From Deltaproteobacteria bacterium (GTDB lineage: Bacteria; Myxococcota_A; Polyangia; Polyangiales; Houyiibacteriaceae), in contig JAXMNT010000018.1 in assembly GCA_034670305.1 (NCBI GenBank), positions 1-64,000 on the forward strand: a DNA stretch of 64,000 bases, written 5' to 3'. The notes beneath the pieces are model-generated. The model saw only the letters and a program-made list of their open reading frames with translations. It was not told the DNA's origin and did no database searches. Below, piece by piece: positions 1-9,960 of the stretch (within the stretch, counting starts at the first letter, position 1; each line of letters opens with the position of its first letter). The position numbers and the translations under genes were made by a program.

Positions 1-120
1 TCCGCTGGGCATCGCGCTCCGATTCGCGCCTCGCCGTCGCGAAACACACGGCGTCCACGACGCGGGCAAGGGCACGGGCAAGGGCAACGGCAAGGGAGCA
101 GGTCGCTTTTCAGCGACCTG

Positions 121-969
121 CTAGGAGCTGGTGCGCCAGAGGATCAGCGTCAGGTCGTCGGGCTTGGTGCCTTCCAGTCCAGAGAACATGCGCGCATCGC
201 ATTCTTCGGCCAGGCGGCGCGCCGCTTGTTCCAGGGGCCGGATGCGCGCGAGCGCGGCGACCTCGTCCACCCGGAAGTTGTCGAAGAGCCCATCGGACGC
301 GAGCACGATCGTGTCGCGCTTGGCGAGCTTCGTCGGGCCGGTGATCTCGTAGCGAAGCGGCCGCGCGCCGATGAGGTTGCACACCAGATGGCGGGTGTCG
401 TGCCGCAGCGCTTCGTCTTCGTCCAGAAACCCGCCCGCCAACCCGAACCCAGTCGGGGAATGGGAGACGGTCTCGAGTTTCATGTGGGAGCGCGCACCGA
501 CGATGATGCCTTGCGCGTCGCCACAGTGGATGAAACGCACCCGCTGGTTGCTCACTTCGGCGGCGACCAACGTCGTGCATGCGCCGCCCAATCGGCGCAC
601 CGACGCTTGCGCCGCGTCCATGCCTCGAACGACCCAGTCCTCATGGACACTCGCCCGGCTGATCGCTTCGAGGGCGAGTCGCGCGGCGCGGTCGCCCTGC
701 GGCAACCCACCGACGCCGTCTGCGACCGCGAGAAGCACCCCCCGCGGGGTCTGCTGCACGAGCAACGCGTCTTCGTTCGAGCCGTCTTCTTCCGCGGGGC
801 GCGACATCACCGCGACGCGCGATCCGTCGAGCTGCACCAGCCGAGGCGCGGCCATTCGACCTTTGGCGATCAGGACGCGCGATCGGGGTTCGGGCCGTGG
901 TTCCGCCCGTGGCTCCGGCTCGGCCGCCTCCGCCGCGGCCTCCTCGGGGACGTCAGGCACGCAGCGCAC
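121..969 (-). CDS. PP2C/PPM-family Ser/Thr protein phosphatase
   Basis: Motifs SNEDA, VADGVGG, HCGD, LASDGL and C-terminal DDLT; the exact start is uncertain. Confidence 0.9.
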   Translation of the reverse strand: MRCVPDVPEEAAAEAAEPEPRAEPRPEPRSRVLIAKGRMAAPRLVQLDGSRVAVMSRPAEEDGSNEDALLVQQTPRGVLLAVADGVGGLPQGDRAARLALEAISRASVHEDWVVRGMDAAQASVRRLGGACTTLVAAEVSNQRVRFIHCGDAQGIIVGARSHMKLETVSHSPTGFGLAGGFLDEDEALRHDTRHLVCNLIGARPLRYEITGPTKLAKRDTIVLASDGLFDNFRVDEVAALARIRPLEQAARRLAEECDARMFSGLEGTKPDDLTLILWRTSS

Positions 970-1756
970 GCTTCCAGGATTTGTCGAATGCGGTCTTCAT
1001 GTGTCGTCCGTTTCGGAATCGTTTTCGTTCGTCGACTTCGATGGCCCGACGCAAGAACTTGATCGCCTCCGGTCGCAGCTTCCGCTTCACCCGATCGTAG
1101 CCCGGCGGCGGCCAGGCGAACGGCCACCGCGGCAACTGGCCAGAGAACATCCGGTAGATCAGCAGGCCCAAGCTGAACACGTCGCTCCGGAAAGACGGCT
1201 GTCCCATGGCTTGCTCAGGGGCGATGTACCCGACCGTGCCCGAACCGGAACCGTCGATGATCTTCGTGCGCGCGGTGACCTTCGCGATGCCGAAATCGGT
1301 CAGCTTCACTTCGTTGTCCTGGAAGACGATCACGTTGTGCGGACTGATGTCGCAGTGGATCACCCGCTGCGAATGCGCGTAGCCGATGGCGTCGACGAGC
1401 TGGCCCGCAATGGTCGCCGCGGTCTTCGACGCCATCCGGAGTTTCAGCCGATCGTGAAGCGATCGTTCCCCGAGCGGGTAGGCGATCACGAGCTGGTTGC
1501 CGACGAACGTTGCGTTTCGAATGTCCAGGATGTTGGGGTGGTCCAGCTTCAGCGTGATCCGCACTTCGCGAAGGAGCTCGTCGAGCCCGTCCCGGAGGAC
1601 GTGTTCGTGAGGCACCTTCAAAGCGACATCTCGCCCCTCCACCATGTCGTGGGCGCGGTATACTCTGGCGAACCCACCCACGCCGAGGGGCGCGACGATG
1701 CGGTATTTCCCCAGCTGGCTTCCTCGCGGGAGTCGATCACGCGAGCGACGCGCCAT
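953..1756 (-). CDS. Hanks-type Ser/Thr protein kinase, catalytic domain only
   Basis: GVGGFARV, VALK, HCDISPHN, DFG, GTVGYIAPE, SDVFSLG. Confidence 0.95.
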   Translation of the reverse strand: MARRSRDRLPRGSQLGKYRIVAPLGVGGFARVYRAHDMVEGRDVALKVPHEHVLRDGLDELLREVRITLKLDHPNILDIRNATFVGNQLVIAYPLGERSLHDRLKLRMASKTAATIAGQLVDAIGYAHSQRVIHCDISPHNVIVFQDNEVKLTDFGIAKVTARTKIIDGSGSGTVGYIAPEQAMGQPSFRSDVFSLGLLIYRMFSGQLPRWPFAWPPPGYDRVKRKLRPEAIKFLRRAIEVDERKRFRNGRHMKTAFDKSWKRALRA

Positions 1757-3764
1757 CGCGGCATCCTACACGGACGCGGTTGCGTTCTGTGGGAAATCTG
1801 GTCTTTTTCTGCTCGTTTTGGGCAGTGTGTTCGGCGGTCTGTTCGGCAGTGTGTCCGGCTGCGCCCGGGCACCCGAGCAGGTGACCACGCTCGATGACCG
1901 AGTCTGGCTCTCCCACGACAACCGCCCGGTGCGCCCCGTCGACGACCGACTCGCACGGGATTGGTATGGCCTCGGAGACGAGCGGCTGTGGCTGCCGCTC
2001 GGCGACCAGGGCGACCTCTCGCTCGGCTCCCACAAACATCGATGTTCGGTGGGCGGGCGCGACATCGTCGCCCGCGATCGCACCCACCGGCGGGTCGATC
2101 TTCGTTTCGCGCATTCGGAGCACCCCGAGGTGCCGCTTCGCCTGGTGGGCGACTGCGGATGGGCGAGCGCCTCCGGCGTGCCCACCCCGAGCCCCTTGGT
2201 CGACGGTGTGCCACTCGGCGCCGGTTGGTCGGCCGAATGGAGGGTTCGGATCTCCGAGGGTGCATCGCTTCGGGTCCGAGTGGCCGAGGGACCCGTCGAG
2301 CTGACCCTCGACGGCGATCGTCATCGGCTGGGGATCGGCACGCACGAACTCCCATTCCGGGTCGCCAAGGAGGGGCCCCTCTCGAGACTCGCCGCGATCG
2401 AAGCCACGACCCGCAGCGCCGCGTCGGTGTCCGTCGCCACGGTGCGTTCGGTGCGGGCGCCTCCGGCGCGTCGTCCGGTTCGTCACGCGATCGTGTTCTT
2501 GGCCGACACCCTGCGCGCAGACCGACTTCGGGTGTACGACCCGACCACCCGCGTCGAGACCCCGGCGCTCGACCGCCTCGCTCAAAGCGCGGATGTGTTT
2601 CTCGACGCCCATGCGACCGCAGCGTGGACCAAACCGAGCGTCGCCAGTGTGCTGACGGGGCTGTATCCCTGGCAGCACGGCGCCTTCAGTCACGACGCGG
2701 TGTTGCGACCCGACGAACCCTTGCTCGGCGAACGGCTCCAAGAGTGGGGCGTCAAGACCGCGGCGTTCGTCGGCAACGGGTACATCAGCTCGACCTACGG
2801 ATTCGAGCGCGGGTGGGACCACTTCGCCCCTCCGAGAATGAACCGCGGCCGGGCGCGCGGCTTGGTGCACGAGCTCTTCGAGTGGATCGACGAGCGCCGC
2901 GCCGCGACGCCGGAGCAATCGCTCTTCGCGTACGTGCACAGCACCGATCCGCACTCTCCCTACGCGGCCCCGAGTCCGTACCTCCACCGCTACGATCCGC
3001 TCCCCTACGCGGGCCCCGTGGACTTCTCGGACCCGCTTCTGCTGCGCCGCATCGCGGCCGGCGAGATCCCGCTCGAGCAGCGCGACCGAGACCATCTGAT
3101 CGCCGCGTACGACGCCGAGGTCGCGTACCACGACGGCGCTCTGGCGGAGCTCATCGATGGGCTGGTCGAGCGGGACATGTGGGACGACACGCTGGTCATC
3201 TTTCTGTCCGACCACGGCGAAGAACTCTTCGACCACGGGTCGGTTGGGCACGGCGGACTCCGCCTCCACGAGGAGTTGGTGCGCATCCCCATGGTGGTGC
3301 ACTGGCCGGGCACGAGCGCCGGCCGACGCGTGCGCGGCCCGGTGAGCCAGATCGACGTGGCCCCGACCGTGCTCGATGCGCTCGACCTCGAAGTCCATGG
3401 GTTCGGTGCGGAAGGCGCCCGCTCTCTTCGGACCCGCGCGGTCGCGCCCGACGAACGGTTCGTCCTGCTGGCGGAGGGGCGTCGGCGGGTGGGGGTCACC
3501 GACGGCCGGCGACGCCTGATCCGACACCGGAACGGGACGTTTGAAGGAGAAGAGGATCCAGCCGTGCGGCGCTACCTGCTGGATGCGCTCACGCGCGAGA
3601 TGGCGCGCCATCCGGTGCTGCCGGTCGGTCAACCGGTGGGTCCCCGCGTGGGTGCCAAGCCGCTGCGTGTGGTGGTGCCGGTGCAAGCTCCGTCCACCCG
3701 CCCACTGGACCCCGAGACCGAAGCCCAGCTGCGGGCACTCGGGTACCTCGGCGACGAGAACTGA
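1698..3764 (+). CDS. Sulfatase / alkaline-phosphatase-superfamily protein, probably exported
   Basis: DTLRAD, WTKPSVASVLTG, DPHSPY, SDHGE and HGG motifs; hydrophobic N-terminal stretch ending VSGC; start uncertain. Confidence 0.85.
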   Translation: MRYFPSWLPRGSRSRERRAIAASYTDAVAFCGKSGLFLLVLGSVFGGLFGSVSGCARAPEQVTTLDDRVWLSHDNRPVRPVDDRLARDWYGLGDERLWLPLGDQGDLSLGSHKHRCSVGGRDIVARDRTHRRVDLRFAHSEHPEVPLRLVGDCGWASASGVPTPSPLVDGVPLGAGWSAEWRVRISEGASLRVRVAEGPVELTLDGDRHRLGIGTHELPFRVAKEGPLSRLAAIEATTRSAASVSVATVRSVRAPPARRPVRHAIVFLADTLRADRLRVYDPTTRVETPALDRLAQSADVFLDAHATAAWTKPSVASVLTGLYPWQHGAFSHDAVLRPDEPLLGERLQEWGVKTAAFVGNGYISSTYGFERGWDHFAPPRMNRGRARGLVHELFEWIDERRAATPEQSLFAYVHSTDPHSPYAAPSPYLHRYDPLPYAGPVDFSDPLLLRRIAAGEIPLEQRDRDHLIAAYDAEVAYHDGALAELIDGLVERDMWDDTLVIFLSDHGEELFDHGSVGHGGLRLHEELVRIPMVVHWPGTSAGRRVRGPVSQIDVAPTVLDALDLEVHGFGAEGARSLRTRAVAPDERFVLLAEGRRRVGVTDGRRRLIRHRNGTFEGEEDPAVRRYLLDALTREMARHPVLPVGQPVGPRVGAKPLRVVVPVQAPSTRPLDPETEAQLRALGYLGDEN

Positions 3765-3806
3765 AAGGGTCGGTCTCCCGAGGGGAGAGGTGGTACACCG
3801 TTCGCC

Positions 3807-5588
3807 GTGGCTCTCGACAAACGCGACGCCTACGCGCGTGCCAACGCGGCGGTCCAAACTGGGCGACCGGCCGATGCGCTGCCGCACCTCTGGTCGCTGG
3901 TCGATCGAAGTCACCTCGTGGACGAAGAGTTCGAGAGCTACCTGCGCCTCATGGGCACCGCGTACCAGCAACTCGGTCGAACCCGCGCCGCCGCCACCAT
4001 CGCGCTGCACCTCGGCAACGCGGACGCCGCCTACCGGATGAGCGAGGCGCCCACCGACCAGGCGCGGTGTGCGATCAAACTCGGCCGCTCCGCGGACGCG
4101 GCCCGGTCGTACAGCGACGCGGGCTGGCTTGGTCACGCCGCGATCCAGCTCGAGGATGCCGGGGACGATCGCGGGGCGCGGGTGCTCTGGGAACGGTTGG
4201 CCGACGATGTGCGGTTGCGCGAGGACCTCTACACCCAGGGGCTCGTGCGCTTCAACCTCGGCCGGGCGTGCGAGCGACTCAAGGATCGCGACGCGTCGCG
4301 CAAGGCGATGGTGCAGAGCATGCACCTGCTGGAGGCGGCGGCCGATGGGTTCGAGACCCGCGGGCTCCGGGAGCGCGCCTTCGACTGCTACCAGGTGTTG
4401 CTCACGCTCGGCAAAGAGGGCGCGTTCGAGAACCTCGCGGAGGGGTACCTCAATTGCATCCGCATCCTCAAAGAGGACAACCTCAAGTACTACGTCCTGC
4501 AGTACTACGAAGACTTCCAAGAGCTCGCGATGCAGCGCGGTGAGTTGCACGCAGCCGCCACCCTCTTCCGGGAGGCGGCCGAGTTCACCCGCCGGTACAA
4601 CATGCCCTACGAGCGGCACTACCGGCAGAAGGCCGCGGAGACGCAGGTCGCGGCCGCGGTGAAGATGGTCGGCGACGGGGCGATGCACGAAATGGCAGAG
4701 AACGCCTACGCGGCGGCCATCGATGCGTACAACGACCTCGGCCAGTACTCGATGGTGCGGAAGATCTACAACGCGCTCTCCCAGCTCGAGCTCGGCGACA
4801 AACGGCGGGCGCGGTACGCGCGGCTCGAGAAGCGGCTCGCGGACGTGGAAGACGAGAGTGGTGCGATCCACGGGTTCCCGGACTACCTCCGCATGGACAC
4901 CGCCTATCCGGAGATCTGGCGGCTCGACGTGATCGAGTTCGAGCAGTCCGGCGACGCGGCGGAGACGATGGGCGAAGTCTTGCTGGACGAGAAGTGGCCC
5001 GACTTCACCAAACGCCGAGCGCTCATGTGCCGCTTGCATCAACTCGAGGCCGGCGATGGGCCGCTCTTGCCCGAGCGCCTCGTGAACCTCGCCTACCACC
5101 TGGGCCGGGTCGAGATCTATGCATCGCTGTCTCCGCTCGAACACCTGGTGGAACACGAGGACGGCCGGGTCCGCGCCGCGTGCTTGAAGGCGGTGCGCCA
5201 GCTGTTCTTCAAACGGTCCTTCGTGCTCGTGATCCGCGGACTCGACGACGAACACGTCGAGGTGCAACGCGAGGCGCTCGAAGCGGTCGGGCAGCTGCAC
5301 TTCGGCCACGCGTTCGACCCGCTCCAGCGGATCTACCGCGGCAGCGCGGTGCCCGAAGTGCGACGCAAAGCGCTGCAATCGATCGGAAAGATCCCGAGCA
5401 TCGAAGCGGCCGAGATGCTCGTCGACGTTCTCCGTCAGGGCGACCCCGAAGAGCGCAGCCTCGCCAAGCAACTCCTCGTGAGCGTGGACAACAACGAAGT
5501 CGAACAGCTGCTCAAACGCGCCGCCGCCAGCGAAACCGGCGCCGTCCAAGAAGCCATCCAAGGCGTCCTCCGCCAACGCGGCCACTGA
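3807..5588 (+). CDS. All-alpha TPR-like plus HEAT-repeat protein
   Basis: Helical repeats; C-terminal HEAT-like units ([29 protein letters not shown]). Confidence 0.75.
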   Translation: MALDKRDAYARANAAVQTGRPADALPHLWSLVDRSHLVDEEFESYLRLMGTAYQQLGRTRAAATIALHLGNADAAYRMSEAPTDQARCAIKLGRSADAARSYSDAGWLGHAAIQLEDAGDDRGARVLWERLADDVRLREDLYTQGLVRFNLGRACERLKDRDASRKAMVQSMHLLEAAADGFETRGLRERAFDCYQVLLTLGKEGAFENLAEGYLNCIRILKEDNLKYYVLQYYEDFQELAMQRGELHAAATLFREAAEFTRRYNMPYERHYRQKAAETQVAAAVKMVGDGAMHEMAENAYAAAIDAYNDLGQYSMVRKIYNALSQLELGDKRRARYARLEKRLADVEDESGAIHGFPDYLRMDTAYPEIWRLDVIEFEQSGDAAETMGEVLLDEKWPDFTKRRALMCRLHQLEAGDGPLLPERLVNLAYHLGRVEIYASLSPLEHLVEHEDGRVRAACLKAVRQLFFKRSFVLVIRGLDDEHVEVQREALEAVGQLHFGHAFDPLQRIYRGSAVPEVRRKALQSIGKIPSIEAAEMLVDVLRQGDPEERSLAKQLLVSVDNNEVEQLLKRAAASETGAVQEAIQGVLRQRGH

Positions 5589-5604
5589 CTGCGGGGGGTC
5601 GACG

Positions 5605-5760
5605 GGATCGGGGTCGGCCTCGGCTTCGGCTTCGGCCTCGGCTTCGGCTTCGGCGTCGGGATCGGCTTCGGCTTCGGCGTCGGGATCGGCTTCGGGACCG
5701 GCTTCGGCTTCGGCTTCGGGATCGGCTTCGGCTTCGGGTTCGGCTTCGGGATCGAGTTCG
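5605..5760 (+). repeat. (TTCGGC)n-type hexamer array
   Basis: Tandem ggcttc/ggcgtc/gggatc units directly after the 5588 stop. Confidence 0.9.
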
Positions 5761-5805
5761 AGGTCTGATTCGGACCCGGGTCGGTTCCGGACCCCAACCC
5801 CGGGC

Positions 5806-5839
5806 GGGCACGGGCACGGGCACGGGCACGGGCACGGGC
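5806..5839. repeat. (GGGCAC)n array; related copies at 64-96, 11453-11485, 30053-30076, 48933-48965 and 57133-57169
   Basis: Read directly from the sequence. Confidence 0.9.
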
Positions 5840-5867
5840 GAATCCGACTCCGACTCCGAAGCCGATC

Positions 5868-6569
5868 CTACTCGGACTCCGAGTCGAGCGCTGGCATCGC
5901 GTCGAGCGCCGCGTCCAGCGCGGCCTCGAGTTCGGGCATCGTGCAGAGGCGGCCTTTGGACTGGTCGGTCCAGCCCCGCGCCCGGATCGGTGTCTCCACC
6001 CCGGAGACGCGTACGGCGAACCGCTCCGACTCCTCGCGCCTCACGACCTCGATCCCGTCCTGCACCAGCGTCGCTTCGACGTGCACCTCGAACTCGAGCG
6101 CACCGCACCGCAACAAGAGCCACCGCTGCGCATGGGTGGTCTGCAGTCGTCCGGAGCGCAGCGGCTTCTTCTCCTGCGGTGGTTCCGACTCGTACTCGTT
6201 GAGTTCCAGTTCCAGTTCCAGCGTGCGCCCAGCGAAGCGGTCCGCGCGCCTGGTCCCGGTGAGCAGCTTGCGCGCCATCTGAACCCGCCGGTCTTCGGCG
6301 AGCTCCGGGTCGAGCGACGCGACGAAGATCCACACCAGGATCACCACCACGCCGATCGCCGCCATCAGATCGTACTGCTTGGTGAAGAAGAGCAACGACA
6401 CCCCGGCGATCACCCCCGCGGCGATCACCCCGCAGCCGAGCTGCCGCTTGCGTTCATGCGATGCCCCGCGCCCGAGCAACGCGTGCAACTCCGTCGCGAT
6501 CTCCTCCGCCGTCCCCACGCACGCGAATCGAGTGCCGCGCAGCGCTTTTCGCTTCTTCTTCCCGCTCAA
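5868..6569 (-). CDS. Hypothetical membrane protein (2 TM)
   Basis: Two hydrophobic segments; TTG start 2 nt after the upstream stop. Confidence 0.65.
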   Translation of the reverse strand: MSGKKKRKALRGTRFACVGTAEEIATELHALLGRGASHERKRQLGCGVIAAGVIAGVSLLFFTKQYDLMAAIGVVVILVWIFVASLDPELAEDRRVQMARKLLTGTRRADRFAGRTLELELELNEYESEPPQEKKPLRSGRLQTTHAQRWLLLRCGALEFEVHVEATLVQDGIEVVRREESERFAVRVSGVETPIRARGWTDQSKGRLCTMPELEAALDAALDAMPALDSESE

Positions 6570-6571
6570 GG

Positions 6572-7924
6572 TCAGTCGTCCGAGGAGCCCGGGTCGCAGC
6601 GCAGCCAGTGCAGGTACACCCCGTCGCCAGCAGTCATCGTCACGCCGAAGGTGCCATCTTCATCCACCGCCACGTGTCCCCACCGCCCGGTCCCGTCTGG
6701 TGCGGCGAGCACGAGCGGTTCGGAGAGGCGCCACTGTCCGTTCTCGCGGCGCGCGAGCCTGGCGTGCAAGTTGCGGCTGCTGTCGCGTTCTCTTCCGGTC
6801 GCATGGTCCGCGACGAAGAGTACCCGCTCCCCGAGTGCCGCAGCCGATACATGAAGCGCGCCGTAGCCTTCGCTCGGCACGATCGGAATCGGCGCGGGCC
6901 GCTCCTCGCCTTCCACCCACGCGAGTCCCACCGCCGTGGCCGCGGCCTGGCCCATCGCGGTGAAGCCCACCACCGTTCGAGTGTCGCTGAGCTGGACCGG
7001 CGCCACGACCGCGGGTTCGAACACGTTGCTCAAGGGGCGCACGGTCGTCGCGGGCGCGGAGCGGTCCCCGGAGACATCGGAGGAGAGCAGCACCGAGAGC
7101 CCCTCCCGCGGATCCACGAAGAACAGCCGCTCCGATCCCGCGATGAACACCGGCGCGGCCGCGCTCATGTTGGCCGGGGTCAGATCGATGCGGGCTTTGA
7201 CTTCACCGAGCGGGTCGAGGGCCACGCTCCACACCGCCATGCCCTCGTCGCCTCGACTCTCGGTGTAGGCCACCACGTGCCGCCCACCCCGCATCGCCAC
7301 TGCGGGTGGGAAACGCCGGTCCGCGCCGGAGCCGACGTTCCGCCACGGGCGCGCGTTGCCCCCGAGCTGCACCACCGCGAACTGCACGTTGCCCGCCATG
7401 TCGGTCGTCGCGACCCCGACGTGTCCGAGGTCGAGCGGGCCGAGCCCAGGCGGCGCGACGCGGGTCCCGGTGTAGGGCCGCTCGAGATCTTCGCGCAGCA
7501 CCGGGCGCGCGCTTCCACCCGGCTTGATGGTTCCGACGAAGAGTTCTTCCCCCGAACCGCTCTCCGGGTGCGCATACCCCGCGAAGGCGAACCCGTCGTC
7601 GCCACCGGCGCTCGCGATCGCCGTCGGTCCGGCGCGGGACCAGATGCGTTCGGGCAACTCCGAGAACGTCGCGCAGCCGCCAGCGGGGACGCGGGCATCG
7701 ACCTCGCTCGTGTCGGGTCGCGCCGCCACGTCTGGGGTCTCCGCTTCGAGCGCGGCCACGTCGTCGAGTCCGGCGAGTGGATCGCTTTCGGTGGGGGTCG
7801 GTGCCGCTTCAGCTTCACCCGGTTCCACGGCTGGGGTCTCGTTCGGCTCGGGCGGCGCGTCGTCGTCGCAAGCCCCCATCGCCAACCCCGCCAGCAGCAT
7901 CGCCGTCCACACCGAGTGCTTCAT
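6572..7924 (-). CDS. Lipoprotein with beta-rich (propeller-like) body
   Basis: ATG at 7924; MKHSVWTAMLLAGLAMGAC lipobox; acidic Pro linker. Confidence 0.75.
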   Translation of the reverse strand: MKHSVWTAMLLAGLAMGACDDDAPPEPNETPAVEPGEAEAAPTPTESDPLAGLDDVAALEAETPDVAARPDTSEVDARVPAGGCATFSELPERIWSRAGPTAIASAGGDDGFAFAGYAHPESGSGEELFVGTIKPGGSARPVLREDLERPYTGTRVAPPGLGPLDLGHVGVATTDMAGNVQFAVVQLGGNARPWRNVGSGADRRFPPAVAMRGGRHVVAYTESRGDEGMAVWSVALDPLGEVKARIDLTPANMSAAAPVFIAGSERLFFVDPREGLSVLLSSDVSGDRSAPATTVRPLSNVFEPAVVAPVQLSDTRTVVGFTAMGQAAATAVGLAWVEGEERPAPIPIVPSEGYGALHVSAAALGERVLFVADHATGRERDSSRNLHARLARRENGQWRLSEPLVLAAPDGTGRWGHVAVDEDGTFGVTMTAGDGVYLHWLRCDPGSSDD

Positions 7925-8031
7925 GCCCGCACGATATATTACTTGGGGGCACAGCCCACAGGGACACCGCGCGAGCGAGGCCCGACGAGTGAATCGGTGG
8001 CACGGATCGGCCGACCGGGTAGAGTCCGGCC

Positions 8032-9960
8032 GTGCGCGCATCGGATTGGCTCGGTCCCATGGGCCCGCTCGTAGACGCCATCGAGGGCTACGAACACCGG
8101 CCAAGCCAGATGCAGATGGCCGACGCGGTCGAAGACGCCCTCGCGCACGACGGGGTGCTGCTGGTCGAAGCGGGCACCGGCACCGGCAAGACCTGGGCGT
8201 ACCTCGCCGCCGCACTTCGCAGCGGCCGCAAAGTCGTGGTCTCCACCGGCACCAAGAACCTCCAGGACCAGATCGTCGAGCGGGACCTGCCGACACTCTT
8301 GCGCCACCTCGACCTGCGCGACCCGCCCCAGGTGGCGTGCATGAAGGGCCTCGCCAACTACCTGTGTCTGCGCCGCTACGACGAGTTCCGGAGCAGCGCC
8401 GACTCCGTCTCGCATTCCGCGGAACTCGGCGTGGTGGAGCGCTGGCGCGAACGCACCCGCTTCGGCGACAAGGCGGAGCTCCCGCTCGCGGAGGACGCCC
8501 GCATCTGGCCTCGGGTGCAGAGCGGAAGCGACACCCGCATCGGGGCGCGCTGCAGCTACTACGACCAGTGTTTCGTCACCAAGATGCGCGCCCGCGCCGA
8601 AGAAGCACAGATCGTCGTGGTGAACCACCACCTCTACTTCGCGGATCTCGCGCTCCGGGCCGGCTCCGGGCCGATCGGCGGCGCGGTGATTCCGGATCAC
8701 GACGCGGTCATCTTCGACGAAGCGCACCGGCTCGAGTCGGTCGCCACGCTGTTCTTCGGCAGCCAGATCTCCAGCGCCCAGATCGAACGCCTCGCCAAGG
8801 ACGCGACCCGCGCGCTGCGCACCGTCAAAGATCCGAGTCCGCTTCCAGAGTCGTTGCGCGCGGCCGCGGATGCGTTCTTTCTCGCGCTCCCGCGTCCACC
8901 CGAACGCGAAGGATCGCGCGCACCGCTCGACCGCAGCAGCTTCACCGAAGCGCTCGAACAACGGTTCTTCAAACTCGACGACGCACTCGCGGCGCTCGGG
9001 GCCCACGTGAAGTTGCGCGCGCGCGAGGACGAGTCGCTCGGCCAGGTCGGGCGCCGGTGCGGTGCGATGCGCGACACGCTCGCGCGCGTGACGGAGGGCG
9101 CGACCGGGGAGTCGGTCGCGTGGACTTCGAAACGGGGGCACGGCGTCGCGATCGGTCTGAGTCCCATTCGAGTCGGTGGCGTGCTGGAGAAGGAACTCTT
9201 CGGCCGGGACGGAGCCATCGTGCTCACGAGCGCGACGATGACCACGGGCGGCACCTTCGACTACATCAAGCAGCAGGTCGGCGTGGACTTCGAAGTCGAC
9301 GAACTCACCTTGCCGTCCCCCTTCGACTACCCCCGCCAGGTCGGGCTCTACATCCCCGAGTCGCTGCCCGATCCGCGGCAATCGACGTTCATCGAGCAAG
9401 CCGCCAAGACCACGCTCTCGCTCGTGGCCATCACCGAAGGCGGCGGGTTCGTGCTCTGCACCTCGCACCGCAACATGCACGCGCTCGCCGACGCGTGCCG
9501 ACCCACCTTGGTCGATCGCGGACACCCGGTGTTGGTCCAAGGAGAGGCGCCCAAACTCGCGCTGCTCGAGCGCTTTCGGGACGCCGGCGATGCGGTGCTC
9601 TTTGCGACGGCGTCGTTCTGGGAAGGGGTCGACGTGCCGGGTCGCGCGCTCCGACTCGTCGTCATCGACAAACTCCCCTTCGAGGTGCCGAGCGACCCAC
9701 TCGTGCACGCGCGCTGCGCCCGCCTCGAAGAAGAAGGCCGCCAACCGTTTCTCGAATTGCTGGTGCCCGCGGCCGCCCTCTCACTCAAGCAGGGCTTCGG
9801 CCGCTTGATCCGTTCGCGCCGCGATCGTGGCATCGTCGCGGTCTTGGACTCTCGACTCGCACGCAAGACCTACGGCAAACACTTCCTGGCGAGCCTGCCG
9901 GACGCGAGCCGCCTCTACACCGAACAGGAGGCGAAAGCCTTCTGGGAGTTCAGCGGATGA
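8032..9960 (+). CDS. DinG/YoaA-family ATP-dependent DNA helicase
   Basis: EAGTGTGKT, NYLC and other Fe-S-type cysteines, DEAH, SAT, FWEGVD, QGFGRLIR. Confidence 0.95.
   Translation: MRASDWLGPMGPLVDAIEGYEHRPSQMQMADAVEDALAHDGVLLVEAGTGTGKTWAYLAAALRSGRKVVVSTGTKNLQDQIVERDLPTLLRHLDLRDPPQVACMKGLANYLCLRRYDEFRSSADSVSHSAELGVVERWRERTRFGDKAELPLAEDARIWPRVQSGSDTRIGARCSYYDQCFVTKMRARAEEAQIVVVNHHLYFADLALRAGSGPIGGAVIPDHDAVIFDEAHRLESVATLFFGSQISSAQIERLAKDATRALRTVKDPSPLPESLRAAADAFFLALPRPPEREGSRAPLDRSSFTEALEQRFFKLDDALAALGAHVKLRAREDESLGQVGRRCGAMRDTLARVTEGATGESVAWTSKRGHGVAIGLSPIRVGGVLEKELFGRDGAIVLTSATMTTGGTFDYIKQQVGVDFEVDELTLPSPFDYPRQVGLYIPESLPDPRQSTFIEQAAKTTLSLVAITEGGGFVLCTSHRNMHALADACRPTLVDRGHPVLVQGEAPKLALLERFRDAGDAVLFATASFWEGVDVPGRALRLVVIDKLPFEVPSDPLVHARCARLEEEGRQPFLELLVPAAALSLKQGFGRLIRSRRDRGIVAVLDSRLARKTYGKHFLASLPDASRLYTEQEAKAFWEFSG

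Noticed and set aside
1737-5585. 1282-aa minus-strand ORF, and similar long ORFs (32370-36329, 38801-41905, 58621-63249, 45123-46802)
   Set aside because: Antisense shadows of real genes; stop codons are scarce in GC3-rich DNA and no motifs are recognisable
5435-5797. PKPKPK ORF, and SGSG/LPLP/RFRF ORFs near 54112-54554
   Set aside because: Translations of hexamer arrays with no independent coding evidence
8032-9960. CasDinG or defence helicase
   Set aside because: Standard YoaA-like length and motifs, no cas or defence neighbours
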